Assembly (NCBI GenBank): GCA_964492835.1
Contig: CAZBLC010000002.1
Location: 7,375 to 71,374 of the forward strand
Length of the DNA stretch: 64,000 nt
Direction of reading: 5' to 3'
From: an uncultured Candidatus Saccharibacteria bacterium
Lineage (GTDB): Bacteria; Patescibacteriota; Minisyncoccia; Phycocordibacterales; PALSA-1337
A program made the translations under genes and the position numbers. The notes beneath the pieces were generated by a model that saw only the letters and a list, made by a program, of their open reading frames with translations, had not been told where the DNA came from and did no database searches. Shown here one piece after another: positions 19,024-28,756 of this stretch (within the stretch, counting starts at the first letter, position 1; each line of letters opens with the position of its first letter).

Positions 19024-20240
19024 TATATTACATTGACCAATGAATACATTGGAGAAATCATAGCCACAGCAAAGAATCCTACAGCTGCCCCTATAAATAC
19101 CATTAGGAATGGTTCTATGATTGTAGACATATCTTTTGTCTTTTGATCTACATCGTCTTCATAATATACAGCAACACCAAGTAGCATCTCCCCCATCTTA
19201 CCTGTCTCCTCACCTACACTTATCATCTCCCCTAGAAATATTGGATAGAATTTTTCATTTTCAGTAAATATCTTTGATATTGGATCTCCTTTTTCAATTG
19301 CTTGCTGTACTTCATCTAGTATCGCTTTATAGTGTACGTTTTGTATGACATCTTTAGTTATCTTAACCGACTCAACCACATCAACTCCTGAGGTTAGTAG
19401 TGATGCTAGAGTTCTTGCTGTTCTTGCAGCATTTACTTCTTTAATTAGATTACCGAATACTGGTATCTTAAGAACATAGTAATGTATTAGACTCTTACCT
19501 CTTACAGTCTTTGAGATATAGAAGATGAGACCAGTTAGGGCTATGAGTGCAGCTAGTACTAGTAGTCCATGATCACGCAATGCATTACTTACGAACAATA
19601 CTAGTTTGGTTGATGCTGGTAGTTCTACCTTGAGCTCTGTAAATGTCTTCATTAGAGTAGGTACTATGAAGGTAAGCATAAGTACAGTAACTACAATCAT
19701 TGCGAATACGATTATGCTTGGATACATCATCGCTCCCTTTATTCTCTTCTGTAGTGCATATGACTTATCCATCTGATTCCCCACGATCTTTAGGGACTCA
19801 GCTAGATTACCACTCTGCTCCCCTGCAGATACCATGGAAATGAATATTGGAGAGAATACTTTTTTAAATTGTGACATTGCCTGGCTCAATGTCTTACCTT
19901 CACCTATTTCTTTCTGTAGGCTAATTAATATATTCTTTAATTCCTTGTTCTTCGTCTGTCTCTCCATAACAGAAAGAGCTCTTGATAGCGCTAGACCTGC
20001 AACAATCATAGAACCAAGATTACGAGCGAAATTAATTTTATCCTGTGGCTTTACGGAGTGCATGAATGGAAGATCGATAGATATATTCTTTATGGACCTT
20101 GATGAACTCTCCTTGTACTCCACTATTTCATCTCCCCCTTCCTTTATTATCTTGTACAATTCATAACGATCAGAAGCATCCTTCTCTCCCTTGTATACCT
20201 CACCATTAGATTTTCGAGCTTTGAATATGAAATGTGACAT
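19023..20240 (-). CDS. pilC: type IV pilus assembly platform protein PilC (GspF family)
   Basis: 405 aa, two GspF repeats, three TM segments. Start overlaps the stop of the large pilin gene. Confidence 0.85.
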   Translation of the reverse strand: MSHFIFKARKSNGEVYKGEKDASDRYELYKIIKEGGDEIVEYKESSSRSIKNISIDLPFMHSVKPQDKINFARNLGSMIVAGLALSRALSVMERQTKNKELKNILISLQKEIGEGKTLSQAMSQFKKVFSPIFISMVSAGEQSGNLAESLKIVGNQMDKSYALQKRIKGAMMYPSIIVFAMIVVTVLMLTFIVPTLMKTFTELKVELPASTKLVLFVSNALRDHGLLVLAALIALTGLIFYISKTVRGKSLIHYYVLKIPVFGNLIKEVNAARTARTLASLLTSGVDVVESVKITKDVIQNVHYKAILDEVQQAIEKGDPISKIFTENEKFYPIFLGEMISVGEETGKMGEMLLGVAVYYEDDVDQKTKDMSTIIEPFLMVFIGAAVGFFAVAMISPMYSLVNVI

Positions 20241-20241
20241 A

Positions 20242-21987
20242 CTATTCAGATATTACTCTTAATACTTCCTCTATTGTTGTATTACCCTGTACCGCATTAA
20301 ATATTCCATCCTCAAGCATTGTAATCATTCCCTCCTTCTTAGCCTGAGTCTCTATATCACTACTTGTTGAGCCTTTTATGATCAAGTCCTTTATAGTCTG
20401 AGTTACCTTCAGTACTTCATGTATACCTACTCGACTCTTGTATCCATCGTCTTCTTTAGATGGGACTGGTTTCCAGAATGGAATTTTAGTCCAATCATCT
20501 ATGTTCACTATCTTTTCATCCTTTAGAGTCTTTAATACCCTGTCTAGATCTACAGTTTTACCAAGAGCGACTACTTCTTCCTTTGTTAGGAAATATTTTT
20601 CTTTCTTTTCGCTCAGTCTTCTTACAAGTCTCTGAGCAATGATTATGTTGATTGTAGATACCAGTAGAAAAGGTTCTATCTTCATATCAAGTAGTCTTGG
20701 TATTGCTCCTGCAGCTGAGTTTGTATGGAGTGTTGATAGCACTAAGTGTCCAGTTAGAGCAGCATTTACTGCAAGTGATGCTGTCTCATTGTCTCGGATC
20801 TCTCCCACCATTATGATATCTGGATCCTGACGAACTAGTGTTCTTAGTCCTGAAGCAAATGTAAATCCAATTTCTGGTTTAACTTGTGTCTGATTGATTC
20901 TCTTCATCTGATACTCTACTGGATCTTCAATTGTTGAAATGTTTACATCTGGTTGGTTTAGGATATCTAGTATTGTGTATAGCGTAGTAGTCTTACCTGA
21001 ACCTGTAGGTCCTGTTGTTAGTATCATTCCTGTAGTTAACTTTGTCGCATTGTGTATTCTCTCCAATCCTTCTCCATGAAATCCTAAGTATTCTAGAGTA
21101 AATCCAGATACGCTCTCTCTAAGTAGTCTCATTACGGTCTTTTCTCCATAGTATGTTGGGAGTATTGATACACGGAAACTAACCTTCTCTGTATTCATCT
21201 CAATCTTAAATCTTCCGTCTTGTGGTAGTCTCTTTTCATCTAGTTTTAGATTCGACAATACCTTTATACGTGCAGTTATAGATGCTTCTGCATTCTTTGG
21301 TAAAACCATGGCATCGTGTAATAGCCCATCGATACGGTATCTTACTAATAGCTGATCATCCATTGGCTCTATATGTATATCTGATGCATCTTGTATGATT
21401 GCATGCTTTAGAAGTGTATCTACTATACGTACCACTGGTAGATCCTCTGCTATCTTCTTTAGGTCCTCCTCTGTTGCAGGGTTCCCTGACTCTTCTTGTA
21501 TTGTCTTAAGTGTGGCTGATTCTTTTTGGATTATATCTCCGAACTCTGCTTTAAGAGTTTTTTGATATTGGATGATAACATTCTTCATTGACTCTACATC
21601 TGTAAGTCTTGGGAGAATCTTAAGGTTTACCTTTTTCTTAATGAAATCTATTGCTGATAGGTCATCAACATCAAGCATAGCTACTTCAAGAGTAGTATCG
21701 TCTTTCTTAAATGCAATTATGTTATGTGTACGTGCTACTGGTTCTGGTATTAGGGATAGCGTATCAAAAGGTATTTTTCTGTCTTTAAGGTCTACGAATG
21801 GTATTCCAAGTACATATGCCTGCATACGACGTAGATTGTCTTCGGTTATCTTTCCTGTACTTACCAGAACCTCTCCAAGTCTGATACCTTTTTCGTCTGC
21901 TTCTTTTTGGGCAATATCAAGATCAGATCTTGATACTAAGTTAGAATCAATTATGAACTTATTCAACTGTGAATCTTCGATGAACAT
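20242..21987 (-). CDS. pilB: type IV pilus assembly ATPase PilB (GspE family)
   Basis: 581 aa. Walker A GPTGSGKTTTLY, Asp box, His box. N-terminal GspE_N region. Confidence 0.9.
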   Translation of the reverse strand: MFIEDSQLNKFIIDSNLVSRSDLDIAQKEADEKGIRLGEVLVSTGKITEDNLRRMQAYVLGIPFVDLKDRKIPFDTLSLIPEPVARTHNIIAFKKDDTTLEVAMLDVDDLSAIDFIKKKVNLKILPRLTDVESMKNVIIQYQKTLKAEFGDIIQKESATLKTIQEESGNPATEEDLKKIAEDLPVVRIVDTLLKHAIIQDASDIHIEPMDDQLLVRYRIDGLLHDAMVLPKNAEASITARIKVLSNLKLDEKRLPQDGRFKIEMNTEKVSFRVSILPTYYGEKTVMRLLRESVSGFTLEYLGFHGEGLERIHNATKLTTGMILTTGPTGSGKTTTLYTILDILNQPDVNISTIEDPVEYQMKRINQTQVKPEIGFTFASGLRTLVRQDPDIIMVGEIRDNETASLAVNAALTGHLVLSTLHTNSAAGAIPRLLDMKIEPFLLVSTINIIIAQRLVRRLSEKKEKYFLTKEEVVALGKTVDLDRVLKTLKDEKIVNIDDWTKIPFWKPVPSKEDDGYKSRVGIHEVLKVTQTIKDLIIKGSTSSDIETQAKKEGMITMLEDGIFNAVQGNTTIEEVLRVISE

Positions 21988-22030
21988 ATGGGATCGTTAA
22001 CGATCGATATGTAAATTATATCACACTATA

Positions 22031-23701
22031 TTAGACTTCCATGTCGAAAACTACGTAGAATGTGGATCCTTTTCCTTCTCCGTCTGAAATTGCTTTGATA
22101 TGTCCCTTATGTGCATCAATTATTTGTTTTGCAATGTATAGCCCTAGACCGGTACCGTATATATTTTGTTTGTTGGCATTGTCTGCTCTAGTGAATTTAG
22201 CGAACAGCTTTGGCATTACCTCCTTTGATATACCCACACCTGTGTCACGTATACTTAGAGTGATCTTTCTTTCTAACACGTTCTTTACTATTGATATGTC
22301 TATACCACCCCTTGGTGTGTATTTGATTGAATTATCAACTAGATTAGCAACAACCTGCTTTAGCTTGTCCTTATCAGCATGTATCATGAATCTTGTGTTC
22401 ACGCCTTCTGGAGTTGATGTAAAGCTTAGCTTTAGCTCTTTCTTCTCTAGATTGGGTCTCAACTCCCCTATCACGTTATCAACTAACTCTTTTAGATCTA
22501 GAGTTGTAAAGTCATACTTCATAGTTCCCAACTCTATTCTTGATATGTTTAGGTAATCATTAACAATGTTAGTTAGAGTATTAGCTGAATCATATATTCT
22601 ACTTACAGCTTGCTTTGTCTCTTTGTTTATCTCCCCAAAGTCTCCTTCTAGAATTAGAGATGTATATCCCTTCATAGCTGTTAGTGGAGCTCTTAGTTGA
22701 TGAGTCGCTATTGATACGAACTCTGATTTCTGTTTGTCTAGACTAAGTAGTCTCGTATTGGCTAATTTTAGGTCTTCCGCCAGTGATTCTATCTTTTCTC
22801 GCTGGAGGATTTCTTTTTTAACTGATCTTATCAAAATAATTCCAAAGAATACTGACACTATCAAAGTAATCCAAGTTACTTTATGACTTATACCGATGTC
22901 TTGTATAAATAAGAGCGAGGCAGTCATAGCCCACAATGCAACAACGAGCACATTTGATCCTACCAACTTAAGATCAAATAACTTAAACCTAACTATTGAG
23001 TATGACAGAAGACTTATAAATATAGGCATTCCGAAAAGCCCGTATTGAGCCAAATTCCAGTCTTCTGTAAAACTTCCAGTAATAGCTCCCCATGAAAACG
23101 ATATTAGCATTATAAGTGTACCTATAGTCAAGAAAGCAATTTCTTTCTTTATAGATACTTTTTTCTCTGAAATGAACCTATTAATACCCACTATAACAAG
23201 CCATATAGAGTAAATAGCCTCAATTATATAGGTATAGTATGAATATACGGACTCCTGACTAAGACATGTAGCTACATCAAATGAAGTTAGAAAATACTTT
23301 GTTGGAGTAAGTATAATAACAGGTAAATAAAGTAAAAATATTACTAATTTACTTTTAAAAGACATATCTTTACCGTAAAGTAACACGAACAACAGATATA
23401 ATGCACTGGCATGAACAAGTGGTTCAACAAGTATTTGCATTGCCCAAACAAACATTATGATATCTCCCCTGTTACTTGCCCAAAATATTGAATCCATGAA
23501 TACCCACAATGAGAAAGTTAGGGTTGTAATCAAAACCAATCTATTTGATAGTGACTTACGATTCTTAAGAAATACAAAAATACCGATTACGAGTGATATT
23601 ATTATAATAGGAATATGTGAATAGTACACAAGCGGTGGTACATTATCAGAAATGACCAAAAATTTTGAAGGGTCAAAATTACAAAATGGTATCTGTAGCA
23701 T
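22031..23701 (-). CDS. sensor histidine kinase with N-terminal 7TM sensor domain (orphan)
   Basis: 556 aa. HisKA H-box …ATHQLRAPLTAMKGYTS…. HATPase_c N, G1 (DTGVGI) and G2 (GTGLGL) boxes. The N-terminal 300 aa is polytopic. Confidence 0.85.
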   Translation of the reverse strand: MLQIPFCNFDPSKFLVISDNVPPLVYYSHIPIIIISLVIGIFVFLKNRKSLSNRLVLITTLTFSLWVFMDSIFWASNRGDIIMFVWAMQILVEPLVHASALYLLFVLLYGKDMSFKSKLVIFLLYLPVIILTPTKYFLTSFDVATCLSQESVYSYYTYIIEAIYSIWLVIVGINRFISEKKVSIKKEIAFLTIGTLIMLISFSWGAITGSFTEDWNLAQYGLFGMPIFISLLSYSIVRFKLFDLKLVGSNVLVVALWAMTASLLFIQDIGISHKVTWITLIVSVFFGIILIRSVKKEILQREKIESLAEDLKLANTRLLSLDKQKSEFVSIATHQLRAPLTAMKGYTSLILEGDFGEINKETKQAVSRIYDSANTLTNIVNDYLNISRIELGTMKYDFTTLDLKELVDNVIGELRPNLEKKELKLSFTSTPEGVNTRFMIHADKDKLKQVVANLVDNSIKYTPRGGIDISIVKNVLERKITLSIRDTGVGISKEVMPKLFAKFTRADNANKQNIYGTGLGLYIAKQIIDAHKGHIKAISDGEGKGSTFYVVFDMEV

Positions 23702-23713
23702 TGAATAATTATA

Positions 23714-24679
23714 TCACAGCTTCTTTAGTATAATTTTAGCATCAGATGGTGAAGAACCGTAACTGTATTTAATAGTAACTTGTATATTATCACCTCTACG
23801 CACAGCAACTACTTTATCCAGAGGAATTACGATATCGTTATTCATAAAGTCGGTATCCTCCCTACCAATAACTCTTCCTGATGGAAGAAGTACGTCGCTA
23901 CACACTAATATAGAATTGACTAAGCCAGAGGACTTAATTTTTACTACTATTCTTTTATTAACATTATTTACTTTAACGGTGCGAAAATTTATTGAATCAT
24001 ACAAAACATACCCACTCAAAATACTTGGTCTTTCTTTAATCTCATTTAGAACAAAGAAGGTCTGCGGGCTATTAGTGATATTTATATTACATAGAGATAG
24101 TGAGGACTCTATACCTGACGGGATCACAACACCACCTTTTCTGAGTTTTTTTCTTAAAGCTTTAACAATGTCTATTTGCTTCTCAAAAAACATACCTGTG
24201 TAAATATTCTCACTTATCAGTACATCGATCATATCATCCAGTTTTATCTTCCTAGCATCCATTTTTGATATGAATAAGTTACTTAGGTCATAACCCTTTA
24301 ATTGCAGATATTCTCTTGCACCATTAACTAGTAAAAATACGTCGTTATTTATTTCACACGAAGTAACCTTTCTCGACATTTGTGAAGAATAGAATGATAA
24401 TATACCGGTACCCAGTCCTGCCTCCATTACACAATCTCCTTTTCTGACCGTCTTTTTGATCTCCTCCAAAAGAGGTATAGTCCTTCCTTTGTCAATCAAA
24501 CAATGCACAGCATCTAGCACACTAAGGCCACTTTTGTGAATATCTGATTCTACAAATCTCTCTGACTCGCTTTTTCTAAGACTAATACTCAACTCTCTTA
24601 TCAAGCCCTTTTTAACACAAAAAGAATATATGTCTTTATATAACTTATTTACGTTGACATGTTTCATTATGCGACTCAT
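23714..24679 (-). CDS. protein arginine N-methyltransferase (PRMT)-like class I SAM methyltransferase
   Basis: 321 aa. Motif I VMEAGLGTGILS (PRMT: VLDVGSGTGILS). The segment DVLISENIYTGMFFEKQIDIV aligns with the PRMT double-E loop ([20 protein letters not shown]) with identical Glu spacing. The 120-aa C-terminal beta-rich region is consistent with a PRMT barrel. Confidence 0.55.
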   Translation of the reverse strand: MSRIMKHVNVNKLYKDIYSFCVKKGLIRELSISLRKSESERFVESDIHKSGLSVLDAVHCLIDKGRTIPLLEEIKKTVRKGDCVMEAGLGTGILSFYSSQMSRKVTSCEINNDVFLLVNGAREYLQLKGYDLSNLFISKMDARKIKLDDMIDVLISENIYTGMFFEKQIDIVKALRKKLRKGGVVIPSGIESSLSLCNINITNSPQTFFVLNEIKERPSILSGYVLYDSINFRTVKVNNVNKRIVVKIKSSGLVNSILVCSDVLLPSGRVIGREDTDFMNNDIVIPLDKVVAVRRGDNIQVTIKYSYGSSPSDAKIILKKL

Positions 24680-24694
24680 GTTATCATATATTTA

Positions 24695-25096
24695 ATGTTA
24701 AAAGTAAAAACAAGAATAGATAAGAGCAGTCATCATGGAATTGGCTTATTTGCTGATGAGTTTATACCAAGTGGTACAATCACATGGAGCTATGATCCAG
24801 GATTCGATCCGACATACACCCATGAGGAGATTGATAGTATGCCACTACTTAACAAAAACAGGTTTATGGACTTCTCTTACATCGACTACAAGCAAAATAA
24901 GTATGTACTTTGTTCAGATGACCAGCGTTTTATCAACCACTCAGATAATCCTAATATAGAATCGACTCCAGATGCAGATAGAGCAATCAAAGACATACAA
25001 ATTGGAGAGGAAATGACATGCGACTATGAAAAATATGAAAAAGATTGGTTCAAGAATAGAAATCTAGACAAGAACTTTAATAAGATAGGACCCTAG
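24695..25096 (+). CDS. SET-domain protein (putative protein lysine methyltransferase)
   Basis: Likely start at the second Met (MLKVKTR…), since the first ATG would overlap the divergent neighbour. HHGIGLFADEFIPSGTI (GxG box), RFINHSDNPN (NHSCxPN-like) and IQIGEEMTCDY (ELTxDY-like) are SET-domain signatures. Confidence 0.7.
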   Translation: MLKVKTRIDKSSHHGIGLFADEFIPSGTITWSYDPGFDPTYTHEEIDSMPLLNKNRFMDFSYIDYKQNKYVLCSDDQRFINHSDNPNIESTPDADRAIKDIQIGEEMTCDYEKYEKDWFKNRNLDKNFNKIGP

Positions 25097-25648
25097 TTTT
25101 TTTCTAACTATAATTAAGGCTATCAGGGTATTGAAAAACACCATATAGATTGGATATAGATACTCAATAAATATCCAATTTTCAACAGAGAGTAAGGCAA
25201 GTAGACTGGCTATGCAAGTGATAATCCAAGGTAAGGCAGATTCAGTATCTGGCTTTAAGTAACTCTTATGGATCGTGGGGAAAATGGCAAAAAAATCTGC
25301 GAGTATATTAAGCACTAATGCCACTACAGGTAAATCTGTGATGAGCCAGAGGCATATACTTATAAATGATGTAGATAGGCACAACAAATCTACACGTGAA
25401 AAACCTCCTTCCCCGTATTTTATCGATAGAAGAAATATTAAAAATGGTCCAACAAGGTAACTCAGTTGGAACCATATAGTGCTTGTATGTCCTGCTGAAT
25501 ACGAACTTAATAAAATTAGCAGCCCTATTATACTTAGCGACATCCAAGTTACCCTACTTGGTATCGTCTTTTTAGTAATTATCGATGTAAAATAAAAAAT
25601 AAATGCCAACAAAGATATTACACCAGACAATTCTCCAAAATAAGACAT
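25064..25648 (-). CDS. hypothetical polytopic membrane protein
   Basis: 194 aa, about 6 predicted TM helices. No recognisable motif. Confidence 0.45.
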   Translation of the reverse strand: MSYFGELSGVISLLAFIFYFTSIITKKTIPSRVTWMSLSIIGLLILLSSYSAGHTSTIWFQLSYLVGPFLIFLLSIKYGEGGFSRVDLLCLSTSFISICLWLITDLPVVALVLNILADFFAIFPTIHKSYLKPDTESALPWIITCIASLLALLSVENWIFIEYLYPIYMVFFNTLIALIIVRKKLGSYLIKVLV

Positions 25649-25855
25649 ATTATTTAAAATCTTTAACTGAGTCTATTACAGTAAAGTTCTTTACAACTAC
25701 AAAATTATAGAATGTGATTATTGCGGACAATAACATTAACAAAAAGAATAGTTTTATTAAAAAGATAGATCTTTTGTCCATTACAACAATTATACCTCGC
25801 TAAAAAAATAGTTCAATGGACATTAGTATACCAATCTGATAACCTAACCTAAAAC

Positions 25856-27532
25856 ATGAATAACTGTACTGGTGCGATAGAATATGGTGACGTTGTATAC
25901 TTTTCGCATCTTATACCTATTTTTATATCACTAACCCTATCGCTAAGTGTTTTATTCAAATCTAAATTGTCACGTCTATCGTTACACTTTTTTATATTCA
26001 CATCACTATCGTGTTTATGGCTGGTATTAGATACAGTAACTTGGATCTCGACTGATTATTTTACGATAATCTTATCTTGGATACCTCTAGATCTCGTAAG
26101 CGTCCTATTCTTTATATCAGCAATGCATTTCTTAAGATGTTTATCTGATAGTAATACATATACAAAAAGGCAGTCGGTGTTCGACCTAATTCTAATATCT
26201 CCTTTTGTATTAAGCATACTATTTAAAAAATCTATTGTGGGCTTTGATATTAACTCGTGTGAAGTTATAGATAATACAGAAATTATTGCATATAAATTTA
26301 TTGTCGAGGCAATAATAATTCTCAGGATTGTTATTATGAGTAAAATTGGATGGTATAAAAAAGGTATCTCAATTGTCACAATCGCAATACTAGCCTTTTT
26401 GATTTCTTTCTCTATTACTGGTCTTGTATCTAGTCTGACAGGTATATACGAAATCAATATGTATAGTCTTTTTATATTGCCTATATCTCTTTTTATAGTT
26501 ATCTTCTCGGTAATTGACTTCAATACATTCAGCCTTAGGACGGATAGCCAGAAAATTGTAGTTTATATACTCATACTACTTGCAATGGTACAGATGTTTT
26601 TTATTAGGAAGGACAACTACTTAATAGACATAGTTAACATAGTTCTATATTTATCACTTGGCAAACTACTGATGAAATCAATAAATAATGAAATAGCTAG
26701 TACTAAAAATATAACAATTAGACTTGATCGTACTGACAAGCTAAATAGCAACCTAAACCAAATAATCCTTGACCAAACTTCAGAAATCAGACATGCATAT
26801 GAAATGGAGAAGAAATCTAAACGTGAACTAGAAAAACTAAGTGAGACTAAAGATAAGTTCATAAATATAATCCAACACAATCTAAGAGTACCCATTACCA
26901 GAATTAGTAATGAATTAAGTAAACTTAATAATTCAAATAAAGAAATTAATACAAAAGATGTTAATAGTCAGATCAACCACTTAAGGAGAGTTGCGGATGA
27001 CCTGAAGGATATTTCCAAAATCCAACTAGGTTCACAAATACTAAACCTGTCATCCTCAAGTGTATTGCCTCTACTTGAAGAAGTAATTGATGAACTTAGA
27101 ATTGATATACTGAAATCAAACATTACAGTCTTCCTCCCTATCGAAGATATACATTGGCCTAAAATAAATATTGATCAAAACAAAATTAAAGAAGTCCTCT
27201 TTGTGGTAATAGAGAATGCAATAAGATACAACAAGAAAGATGGAACTATTGAGATTAAGACGGACGGCAAGCAAGATTACTTTACTATTGAAATCTCTAA
27301 CACTGGTATTGGTATATCAAATACTGAAATAAACAAATTATTTGATAGAACATTCTACAGAAGTGATAGAGCGAGAGAGATTAATCCAACAGGTATGGGT
27401 ATTGGATTGTATGTTTCTAGATCAATTATCGAAGCTCATCATGGTAATTTAGATATATACCCAGACAGCAATAACATTGTAACTGTTAGTATATCAATAC
27501 CATACGATTTTCTTAAAGAGAGCCTTAGTTAG
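25856..27532 (+). CDS. sensor histidine kinase with N-terminal 7TM sensor domain (orphan, paralog of 22031-23701)
   Basis: 558 aa. H-box …IIQHNLRVPITRIS…. HATPase_c (ENAIRYNKKDGTIEI…, SNTGIGIS, GMGIGLYVSRSIIEAHHG). The N-terminal TM region is similar to the other kinase. Confidence 0.85.
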   Translation: MNNCTGAIEYGDVVYFSHLIPIFISLTLSLSVLFKSKLSRLSLHFFIFTSLSCLWLVLDTVTWISTDYFTIILSWIPLDLVSVLFFISAMHFLRCLSDSNTYTKRQSVFDLILISPFVLSILFKKSIVGFDINSCEVIDNTEIIAYKFIVEAIIILRIVIMSKIGWYKKGISIVTIAILAFLISFSITGLVSSLTGIYEINMYSLFILPISLFIVIFSVIDFNTFSLRTDSQKIVVYILILLAMVQMFFIRKDNYLIDIVNIVLYLSLGKLLMKSINNEIASTKNITIRLDRTDKLNSNLNQIILDQTSEIRHAYEMEKKSKRELEKLSETKDKFINIIQHNLRVPITRISNELSKLNNSNKEINTKDVNSQINHLRRVADDLKDISKIQLGSQILNLSSSSVLPLLEEVIDELRIDILKSNITVFLPIEDIHWPKINIDQNKIKEVLFVVIENAIRYNKKDGTIEIKTDGKQDYFTIEISNTGIGISNTEINKLFDRTFYRSDRAREINPTGMGIGLYVSRSIIEAHHGNLDIYPDSNNIVTVSISIPYDFLKESLS

Positions 27533-27560
27533 GCCGTATAACAAGGACATAACTTTTTGC

Positions 27561-27590
27561 TTGACTTTTACCCTATTTTAGGGTTATAAT
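27561..27590 (+). promoter_or_regulatory. sigma70-like promoter (TTGACT - 18 nt - TATAAT)
   Basis: cttgacttttaccctattttagggttataat lies directly upstream of the GC-anomalous secreted-protein gene. Confidence 0.5.
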
Positions 27591-27652
27591 ATAGCCATAT
27601 TTGGAGCACGTGTGTGCACCAAGTGTCCTTTGAAAATTTACTGTTTATCGTT

Positions 27653-28702
27653 ATGAAAGCAATCACGCTTTTATTGATGTCGGTCCTTCTCCTCGCTAGT
27701 GTCGAGGGAGGGATCTCTAAGTTCTATGACCCAGTTACGGGCATGGAAACTAACAACGGGGTTGAAATCAAATTCAACCCCACTCAAAGCAACAACAAAA
27801 TCAGCCGCTCTGGTGTAACCAAAGCTCTCCCGACTTCCCTACCGATTGGTAACGAGGGAGAACTTCGGAACCATATGGCAAGGATGATTACCGACACAGG
27901 TTTCAGTATCTATCAAAACGGGACGAATGGTGATATATACATCTATGAAATAGTTGATACTGATCTAAATTTCAGTGATTATGCGGAGTTCTTGGTATAT
28001 GCCAGAAACCAAATTGAGGTTTTGGCCAATAAGGCCATTGCGACACTTACCACGAATAGCGTTTACAATCCCGCCAGACCTATCAAGGTAGGTTTTGCAG
28101 GGATTTACTCGGAAAATTTTGGTGAGTTTAGATACTGGAATAATCTGTTCAAGTTTGCAGAATTCCCAATGATAACAGTCGACGGGGTTAAGAAAATTAG
28201 CCCAGCATTCGTTAACAGTTGGGAACCGCAGATTACAGCGTTTCCTGTGTTTGAGGTTGGCAACATTGATCGGGTTCTGTTCTTTCAAGAGCCGAACTTG
28301 GATCGACCATATCACAACACGTCTATCAACACTGACCAGTCTATGCCGATGTGGGTAGACTATGACGGGGAAGTATTACACATAAGCCGAGACTACATTC
28401 TTGGTCAGAAAGTGTGGTATGCCTCTGTCATACTCAAAAACCAGACGAGTTTCGTATTGAGAAAGAGTGGTGCTGTTGAAGTATCCACCAGCCAAATTCT
28501 TATTACTGGAATCGATGATGGTGGTGTTCTGGTAAGAGTCACCAACTCTACACCAGGAACCATCGTGGTTATTGAGACGAGTGAGGACTTGTCCACGTGG
28601 GGTAACTTCGCCAACCTGTCGATTGGTCGTGACGGGACAGGTTCTGCAGTAAAGCCAAGTGAGAATGAGGACTTAGTTAGGCAGTTTTTTAGGGTGAAGT
28701 AG
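27653..28702 (+). CDS. hypothetical secreted protein, GC-anomalous (probable horizontal acquisition)
   Basis: Track ORF 27614-28702. The likely start is MKAITLLLMSVLLLASVEG (signal peptide). GC is visibly higher than the genome background. No recognisable domain. Followed by a GC-rich terminator. Confidence 0.6.
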   Translation: MKAITLLLMSVLLLASVEGGISKFYDPVTGMETNNGVEIKFNPTQSNNKISRSGVTKALPTSLPIGNEGELRNHMARMITDTGFSIYQNGTNGDIYIYEIVDTDLNFSDYAEFLVYARNQIEVLANKAIATLTTNSVYNPARPIKVGFAGIYSENFGEFRYWNNLFKFAEFPMITVDGVKKISPAFVNSWEPQITAFPVFEVGNIDRVLFFQEPNLDRPYHNTSINTDQSMPMWVDYDGEVLHISRDYILGQKVWYASVILKNQTSFVLRKSGAVEVSTSQILITGIDDGGVLVRVTNSTPGTIVVIETSEDLSTWGNFANLSIGRDGTGSAVKPSENEDLVRQFFRVK

Positions 28703-28722
28703 AAATACTTACCCAAAGCAAA

Positions 28723-28743
28723 GCCCCCGGGGATCCCGGGGGC
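28723..28743. terminator. bidirectional rho-independent terminator
   Basis: Perfect hairpin gcccccggg-gat-cccgggggc, flanked by A-run upstream and T-run downstream. Sits between convergent genes. Confidence 0.75.
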
Positions 28744-28756
28744 TTATTTCATTTAC

